A DNA stretch of 64,000 nucleotides from Octopus sinensis (taxonomy: Eukaryota). The notes below the pieces were generated by a model, which was given only the letters and a program-made list of their open reading frames with translations, did no database searches and was not told the DNA's origin. This document shows, piece by piece, positions 55,900-64,000 of this stretch. The position numbers and the translations under genes were made by a program. Each line of letters begins with the position of its first letter. The stretch's first letter is position 1. The stretch covers positions 682,001 to 746,000 of the forward strand of contig NC_042997.1 in the NCBI RefSeq assembly GCF_006345805.1, read 5' to 3'.

Positions 55900-58800
55900 G
55901 AAAATACCACAGAAGACTAATACTTCGGATAAAAGTACAAATGAGGACATATTTAAAGAACTTGAAATATTAATGCACACCTTATTAACTTAAATAACAA
56001 AATCGAGGACTCAAATCTACTCGCCTGGGAAAGGAAAAACAGTGAAGACACAACTCACTACACTGACCAAGTTAGTAATGATTTACAGCTTTTATGCACA
56101 ACCCTCAACTCATTAACAAACCCAACAATGAACAACAACCTCCTATCCACGACACTTTCAAAGAATTCATTTAAAGCAAGAACAAATTAGTAAAGATTGG
56201 AACACTTTATGCACAACACTAAAGTCAGTATTCACAAAGAAACCGAGCAACGACCAGCGCACACCCAATGAAACGCACCAGGACGTCATACTTACACAAG
56301 TCAATCTAACAAAAAGGAAAAATAGAAAACATTTGGAATAGAAACCTCCATAATGGAAAACTCGCTTTCTGGAATATGATAAAAAATTCCAACAAAGCAG
56401 ATATTTACGAGAGATGGATTAACTCAACACCAATTATCCTCCCACGCAAATTCCAGATCAAAACAATACCTAATGAACCTGACGGACAGAGGACTAGCAC
56501 TGTTCCATATAAAATCAGCGATCGAATTACTAAGACGTAGGACTTCCACTAATGAAGAAAAATATAAAAAACATCGACGAGAAGATGCATAGGGAAAAAA
56601 AGAAACTAACCGAAGGACAACCCCTCGAAAATACCATAAATTATTGGAAAGAAATCTGTGAAAATGAAGAAAGAAATTCTCTCCTACGCTGGGAAAAAAG
56701 CAATGATTTCTTCCAAAGATATGCATCAACTTTTAAAAAAGAATTTAGTGCATATAATCCTTTTCTAAAGAAAAAAAACAAGAAATAACAAACAAAAACT
56801 GAACAACGCACAAACCACCCCCAATTTCAACCACTTAATCAACAACAACCCTCCTCATTATTCTCCATACACCATAAATAGAAATCATCCACAACTAGCA
56901 TTTTTGAAACACGCAAGACTTAACAGGGAACAAGCTGAGAGACAACGCATTTATGAAATAGATTATACCAAGAACAGAACACACCAACAATGTCCCAATA
57001 CCAGGCATAACCACTCCATAACAGCACAAAACAACAGTAGAATAAGAAACACACCACATACCAGTCACTACTACCCCATGATCCAGAATTACTGGTCCCC
57101 ACTGAACACAAGACCAACACAAAATAAATCAAGAAACATCCTACATACAAGAAATTCGAAACAAAAATATACCACATACAGAAATTTTACGCACATCACT
57201 AACCAAAACACCCATAGATACCCACACGCACATAACAATCTGTGGCAACAATATCATCGTTCCCCCGGACCAGTCTCATACAATCTCACAGACAACTTAT
57301 ACAAACAAAATTGCACCCAACATTTTTTAGCCCCAGACCAGAGACACAAGGACACAGGTTGTAACCTGGTAATCAGGAAAAACCGAAAATAATCAACCTT
57401 TCAACCAAACCTCTTTCTAACATAAAAATAGACATCCCCTCAAAAGGGCTTAAATTCACGCCAACTGCACGCAGAGCCAACCACAATGAAGTCAAGGACA
57501 GTATAACAGAATTCAGCAGAAAATTAAGACTCACAGAAGCATCAACCAGTTTCAATTCTGAAGATGACTCACTAGTCAAAAACAAAAGTGAACACATCCC
57601 CCACAAAGGAAGAAATAAAGATCTTGACGAGTTCTGCAACCACATTGAGAACTTTCCCTACCATACTATACATAAACAGACAGTTAACTCAAATTTTAGC
57701 ACTGCACAATGGAAGGAACTTATAGAACTTCAAAATGATGAAGATATAACCATTAAGAAAGCAGAGAAAGGAAGTGCAGTTGTAATAATGGACACATTAT
57801 ACTATAGAAATCTAGTAATATCCATGCTTGATGACAATCAGCATTATGAAAAAATCACCAACTATACCCCGCAAAAAATAATGAAAACTCTGTCCTCACT
57901 AATTAAAACCCATTGAAAGGAACTGACAACCAAAGAGATTGACTTTCTAACAAACTTTAAATGCAAACCTAGCCACTTCTATGGTTTGCCCAAAATACAC
58001 AAAAGCCAGATTATAAATGAAACCATTAAAAAATCACCAAAGACATAAATACATACATCAAACCCGGCGGACCTAAAACTACGATCCATTGTAGCTGGCC
58101 CAGACTGTGAAACACACAGACTGAATCTATTTATGGACATCCTGCTCAAACCCTTCCTTAAACACATCGATAGCCATATCAGAGATGACTTGGATATGTT
58201 AAATCCCCTTCCAAAAAAAGTCAAGGAAGAAACAATCATGGTTTTATTTGATATAGTTAATTTATATACCAGTATACCTCATGATTATGGACTAGATGTA
58301 ATTCAGTTCTGGCTGAACCAATTTCAGGAAGAAATACCAAAAAAGATCAGTAAAGAATTCATTACTAAATCGGTTGAATTCATCCTAGAAAATAACCGCT
58401 TCATGTTTGACGAAATGTGTTACCGTCAAAAATCCGGAATTGCTATGGGTACAAGGGCAGCACCAGTCATTACGAACCTAACAATGGGCTACCTGGAGGT
58501 AATAGCATACCAAGAATCTTTATTGACCTTTGGAAACCCCCTTTCCCAATACATAAAGGAGAATTGGAAAAGATTCCTAAACGACTGTTTTATACTCTGG
58601 AATGAAAACAGATAAACTCCTAAAATCAAAAAACCTATTTAACAGCGTCAATCCAAACAGTTCACAATGGAGTACAACCAAAAGGAGCTTACATTCTTAG
58701 ATATACTAATTAAAAAAAATAACCTAAAACTAGAAACAGACATATTTCACAAAACCACAGGCACCAGACAATACCCACTTTTTGATTCATGCCACCCAAG

Positions 58801-59632
58801 ACACACCAAAACAAATATCACCTTCAAACTTGCAAGAAGGATATGCTCAATAGTGTCAGGACAAAATACCAGAAACTTTAGGCTACAAAAACCCCAAAAC
58901 ACCCTAATTGACAGACACTGTCCAGTTCAACTCATAGAGTTCAACTCATGGAATCAGACGGGCAACAGAAATCGACATAGAAACCTTAAGAAAAGTTCAA
59001 CACAGCAACACACCTTCCCCGAAAATACTGCCGTTCATATCCTCATACAACCCCAGAAACAAAGAAGCCTTCACCATCATCACCCAAAATTAACCAATGC
59101 TACTTAAGGACCCCAAATTAAAGGAAATTTTACACATACATAAAATCATTAAAACCTACAAACAACCTAAATCACTAAAAAAGATCCTCGCAAAGGCAAA
59201 ATTGTTTTCTCAAATAACGGATGCAAAAGTAAAAAACATTTGGTAGACTAAATGCGCAACATGCCCAAACCTTCTAGAAGGATCAGAATTCCTCTTCAAA
59301 GAGGGACAAAAATTCAAGATCAAATCTAATTTTACTTGTGCTTCAGAAAACCTAATTTATGTCATAAGATGCCGGGTTGCCACCAAAACTACATAGGGTC
59401 CACGTGACTATCGGTCAGACGAAGATGCATTCTGCATCGACAACAGAATGCATTCCCAGAATACAGAATGATACCCTTTAGTGAACATATTGAGAAATGC
59501 GCAAAGCAACTACTACCACAATTTTTAATCTTTCCATTCTATCAATGTGCTATTGGAACACCAACACAAATTTGATCAAACAAGGAAACATTCTTCATTG
59601 AAATATATAAGCCTAAACCTAACAATTTCTAA
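55900..59632 (+). pseudogene. disrupted PLE polyprotein: N-terminal region, low-complexity linker, RT, GIY-YIG endonuclease
   Basis: INLSTKPL..SKGLKFTPT, KKAEKGSAVVIMD, FYGLPKIHK, LRSIVAG, FDIVNLYTSIP, GIAMGTRAAP, WKRFLNDCF, LTFLDI, DSCHPRHTK, CATCP, FTCASENLIYVIRC, NYIG. Many stops and frameshifts. Confidence 0.88.
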
Positions 59633-59758
59633 CGTGTTTAAACAAGGAAGCTCATCTCATTGAAAAAAATATAAAGCGATTATCTCCCTTATACAGGAAG
59701 AAATCCCTGATTACCTTCCCTACCTGGAACTTCACTTCATATATACATATATATATAA

Positions 59759-59813
<55 letters not shown>

Positions 59814-59846
59814 TATGTTTATATACACATGTATATATATATATGC

Positions 59847-59922
<76 letters not shown>

Positions 59923-59923
59923 A

Positions 59924-60763
59924 CAGGATAGGACAAAATAATGAAAACACCGAGCTTCCTAGCATCATAATTTTGAAATATCTATAAAACTGTTAAAAGC
60001 TTGTTTATTTTGGTTTTTTGATTTATTATAAGTGTCGCTTAATATGTTTTGCTAAAATTGCCGTTTCTTTTCAGATATCATCAGAAAAGGGCAATATAGA
60101 ATTCATGTAAATAACAGGCCTATCGGACTTTCAAAGACATCAAATCGCTGGTACTTGTATGGGTGGCTCTAGCGTAATGAAAACAGACGAAATGTTAGGT
60201 GTATCAAGAAGTACTCTTATGACAGCCTTTGAGACAAAGAGAAAACCGAAAAGTTGAAAGAAAGTTCTGGAGGAAAACCCAAAATTCAGATACGGACCGT
60301 CGTACACTTACGCGCATTGTTAGAAAGGATCAGAAAAGTGTAGCTCTCAAAATTACTGCAGAGCTTAATTACCACGTTGAGAACTCACTTTCCACAAAAA
60401 CCGTTAGCTGGGAGCTGCACAAAGCCGGATTTCACGGGAAGGCTGCAATCAAGAAACCACTTCTTTCAAAAACAACGGTTGCATCCTTTACCTTATTTCC
60501 GACCACCGGCTGAGTATACATGTGGAGACAGCCGAAAGAAGCATTTGACCCAGATTGCCTTCTTCCAGCTGTTAAACATGAAGTAGGATCCGTGATTGTC
60601 TGGGGTTTATATCTTGGAAATCCGCTTGCCGAATGGTTTCCCATTATGGAATTAATAGTCAAGACCATTTAAGCATTTTATCTGATCAATTTCATCCCAT
60701 GTTTGCAGAACAGTATCCGGATGGCAACACAATGATAATGCACCAAATGACCAAATGCACCAA
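59924..60763 (+). mobile_element. Tc1-type transposon relic with an internal deletion
   Basis: TA+CAGG start. SDTDRRTLTRIVRKD, ITAELN, STKTVSWELHKAGFHGKAAIKKPLLS, FTLFPTTG.VY.WRQPKEAFDPDCLLPAVKH..SVIVWG. The segment carrying the first catalytic Asp (FSDES) is missing. Confidence 0.85.
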
Positions 60764-60882
60764 ATAAAGATAATATATGTATATATATAAAGATAATACA
60801 TGTATATGTCAAATGCTTTTTTCGGCTGTCTCCACATGTATACTCGGCCGGTGGTCGGAAATAAGGTAAAGGATGCAACCGT
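60475..60882. repeat. 75-bp inverted repeat (60475-60549 / 60808-60882) derived from the Tc1 ORF
   Basis: The arms differ at two positions by direct comparison. Confidence 0.9.
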
Positions 60883-61118
60883 GTGTGTGTGTGTATGTGT
60901 GTAAATACATATATTTGTGTATACGATATAGTGTACATTTAAACATATAGAGAACCCACCTATAGGGATTCTACGCATTAGAAAGAACAGCTAAGTTCTA
61001 TGGCCACAAAAAAAATTGGGATAAAATACCACTGGAAATGTAAATTTTGACTGAATGTTTTTAATTTTAATTAAATTCCATTTCCTTTTGATATGATTAA
61101 ATATATGTGTGTGTATAT

Positions 61119-61167
<49 letters not shown>

Positions 61168-61261
61168 GTATATATATGTGTATGTATATACGTACATATA
61201 TATATATTGATGTAGGCACATATAAGACAAGATGTTCAATTTCACTATATATGTGTGAAGG

Positions 61262-61420
61262 TACATGGCCCAGTGATTAGAGCGTTGAGATTACGATCGT
61301 GAGGTTGTGAGTTCGATCTCCGAACCGGGCTGCGCGTTGTGTTCTTAAGCCACACACTATATTTCACGCCGCTCCAGTTAACTCAGTTATGGAAATGATA
61401 TTGTATCGCTGGCTGCTTAC
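61262..61420 (+). mobile_element. tRNA-headed SINE family 3
   Basis: TGGCCCAGTGATTAG (A-box-like), GAGTTCGATCTCC (B-box-like), TTGTGTTCTTAAGC.. body. Confidence 0.6.
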
Positions 61421-62267
61421 AGAGTTAGGGTTAGGTCCTGTATTCTTTTTTTGATAGTAGTGAAGGTTCCGATTTTTAGACAGGTGTGTATCGGTGTTTG
61501 GGGTTGTTTTGGTTTTCTATTTTCTGGAAAGGGTGTTGGAGGCGTGCTCTGTTGAAAGACGGCTTCATAGTCTGAGAACCAAGTGGCGCTTTTCTCCCAG
61601 CGTTGGAGAGATTTTAGTTCTTCTTTTTCACAGTCCTCTTTCCATAGTTTGGAGAACTTCTCTTGATCTGGGCCTTGGGTCATTTTGCGAATTTCTTCGT
61701 TGATATCTTCATCGGTGGATTTTATTTTATCCTCATTCGTTGGGCCCTCAATTTAAGAAGTTCTATTTCCATTTTCATTTTTTCCAGTGCCATTCTCTCC
61801 CTGAGGTGTCTTTGAGTTTCAGGTTCTTCTGTAATAGCTTTGAACTGGAATTTACGTGGGAGGATTAACGGGGTCCGGTTGAGCCATTTTTCGTATATAT
61901 CGCTTTGTTGTTGTTTTGGATCATCTTCCAAAAGGCGAATTTCTATCTCTGAGTGATTTGTTCCATTGTGGTATTATGTGGTGTTCATTTGGTATGTTGT
62001 TAGAGTATTGATCCCATATATTGACGCGTTTGGAGGTCCTTGGTTAGCGTTGTTAGAGAAAAATGTTCTAATGTTTCGCATAAGTTTCCAAGGTTTTCGA
62101 CAATTTCGGAGGTTGTATTTTTCGTATCTGTTTCTTCATGTTCTCTCGATTGGGTTGAAGTGTCGAGTCGAATTTGTTCAAAAAGTTGACAAATTTGTGT
62201 TGATTTTCTTGAGTTCTTTCAGTATTTCTTCGTTTATGGAGGTGATTGTGTCTGTTTTTGTCGGCAT
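61421..62267 (-). pseudogene. 5' part of a related Penelope-like ORF (ATG at 62267)
   Basis: MPTKTDTITSINEEILKELKK, SDIYEKWLNRTPLILPRKFQFKAI, KLWKEDCEKEELKSLQRWEKS. Homologous to 55900-56790. Confidence 0.75.
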
Positions 62268-62386
62268 TTTCTGTATCTCGTATGGGTTAATGATATGTAT
62301 AAGGGTGAAAAGGAACACACGAGTGATATATATGAAAAAACAAGTCAAAAATAGAAAATGCTAAAATAATTTTATAGTGAACATTT

Positions 62387-62424
62387 CAGTACCGGTTTCG
62401 GTCATTTTGAGACCTTTTCAACTG
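62387..62424 (-). ncRNA. minimal type I hammerhead ribozyme with a U3:A8 core
   Basis: Minus strand CAG-TTGAAAA-GGTC-TCAAAAT-GACC-GAAA-CCGG-TA-CTG. All three stems pair, stem III is palindromic, GUA triplet. Sense to the PLE and about 120 nt upstream of its ATG. Confidence 0.75.
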
Positions 62425-62809
62425 TAACGATTAAATAATTAAATTTAGAAAAATTAGAAGAAAAGTTTTTTTAAAAGAATATTTCTATAGTAGTGTTCAG
62501 ATTTAAGTGGCATTCTGCCTTTCTCTGACTGCCTTGTTTGCACTTGTGTGTCGGAGGTCGTTGTGAGTTCTTGGAAGGGTAGTAGAGGAAGAAGGCTGGT
62601 GGGGAAAGGGGGAAGGGAGAATCTGGGAGTGCCCTGATGGTCGTATTTTGAATGGTCAGTGGCGGCTGGCAGTCTCAGTCCAATTCAGGAGAATATTTAT
62701 ATTGACAGGCTTGTTTATAGAATTAGCGTAGGTTTATAGAATTAGCGTAGGTATTATACTAAAAAACATTAGTGACAAAGTTAAGGGGTAGGGGGTGGAG
62801 AAGTAGAAG

Positions 62810-63030
62810 AAGAAGAAGGAGAAGGAGAAGGAGAAGGAGAAGGAGAAGATAACGATGATGGTGGTGGTGGTGATGATTATGACGACGATGATGATGATAA
62901 TGATGATGATGAAGAAGAAGGAGGAGAAGGAGAAGATGGTGGTGATGATGGTGGTGATGATGATGACGACGATGATGATGATAATGATGATGATGATGAA
63001 GAAGAAGAAGAAGAAGAAGAAGAAGAAAAA
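62810..63030. repeat. compound (GAA/GGA/GAT/GGT)n microsatellite, itself tandemly duplicated
   Basis: The GATGATTATGACGACGATGATGATGATAATGATG-type block occurs twice. Confidence 0.85.
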
Positions 63031-63221
63031 ACAGAGAAGGGGGAATATGAATGGGTGTAAGTATAGCTATGAAGGGGCTGATTAGTAATGGATTCTATGG
63101 AGTGTAATATTTGTGTGTATATATATTTTTTTCTTTTATTCTAAAGTTGAGGTATATTAATTGTTTGTCGTAGACCCGTTTAGAAGTGGCTTGTATTTTG
63201 TAATAAAGAGATTTTCTTTAC

Positions 63222-64000
63222 TTATTCGTTGTCTCGAGGTTGTATCGTCCCTAAATTGGTAGAGGGGGAAAATTCTGAAGTTTGGTGTTTTTTGTTGGCG
63301 CAAGTATCTATGTGTTGGCTAAAAGCTATTTTTCTGTTTTGGGGAATTTTTATCTGGGATCTGTGCAGGGCCATTCGTTTACGCAAACCATTTTTGTTTG
63401 GCCTATGTACTGCTCTTGACACCCGGAGCAGGTTAGTGAGTATATTAGGTTCTCCGAAGCACATGTGAAGTTGCTTTTCACTGTAAACCGTTGTCCCTGC
63501 TTGAAGGAGAACTCTGATCCCTCAATTAGATAGTCGCATATCCCGCAATTGGGTCTTCCACATTTTTTTACTGTCGGCTTCTGTGTTGAGGAGTGAATTC
63601 GGGCTTGTGTAAGGAGACTTTTCATGGATCTAGGCTGTCTTTTGCTTTTTATGATCGTGTGTGTTTGGAGGATTGTGTTCATTCTGTGGTCTTTTTTTAG
63701 GAGGGGTATGTTGTGGAGGATGGTGTCGAAGGCTTCGTTATTGAGAGGGTTGTGTGTGGAGATGTATGGTAAGGCTTTTGGTTGTAAGTTTTTCTTTGAT
63801 TTGGGATGTCTCAGTTCCTTGATGTTAAGTTGAAGGGCACGTTGAATGCACTTGTGAAGGTGAAGGTGGATAGTTCCTGGTGATTAGGGTATCTTTTAGT
63901 TCTTGTAGTCGTGTGTCTCTGGTGTTTGCGTTAGAGACTATAGTGCATATCCTTTTTGCTAGATTGAAGGGGATATTCATCCTGGTGTGTCTGGGGTGGC
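63222..64000 (-). pseudogene. 3' part of a Penelope-like ORF (RT thumb, Cys linker, GIY-YIG), continuing past the window edge
   Basis: KKCGRPNCGICDYL, NFTCASENLIYSLTCSGCQEQYIGQT, RMALHRSQI, FSQHIDTCA; stop at 63222. Confidence 0.85.

Larger units (their letters stand above)
55461..59740 (+). mobile_element. near full-length Penelope-like element (Neptune-like Cys linker) with direct pLTR repeats
   Basis: Direct repeats at 55461-55636 and 59566-59740, each containing the ORF 3' end, flank an RT + GIY-YIG ORF. Confidence 0.88.

Noticed and set aside
57558-57583. CTGAAGA-TGACT-CACT-AGTCA-AAAAC
   Set aside because: It lacks G12, has no stem I or III, and lies within PLE coding sequence.

Overview
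AT-rich eukaryotic window dominated by repeats. The SINE, LINE and microsatellite landscape suggests a cephalopod (Octopus-like) intergenic or intronic region; this is an inference. I found no intact host gene, rRNA, true tRNA or CRISPR array. Most ORFs in the track are microsatellite read-throughs or antisense frames. Recognisable content: (i) four R4/Dong-type non-LTR retrotransposon pieces (restriction-like endonuclease) stacked in one (TAA)n array at 1-4986, plus another fragment at about 39.2 kb; (ii) Tx1/L1-like and CR1/L2-like LINE relics; (iii) several Penelope-like elements (PLEs), one nearly full length at 55.5-59.7 kb; (iv) at least three tRNA-headed SINE families; (v) mariner and Tc1 relics and a long-TIR MITE family. 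The most notable observations are four. Minimal type I hammerhead ribozymes sit in PLE repeats, two of them with a compensatory U3:A8 core and one pair with a very long stem II. One SINE has a 3' tail matching the 3' end of the Tx1-like LINE in the same window. A tRNA-head plus hammerhead composite lies at 42.1 kb. A conserved, unannotated N-terminal region is shared by two PLE copies. All calls were made by eye, so boundaries are approximate and ribozyme activity is untested.
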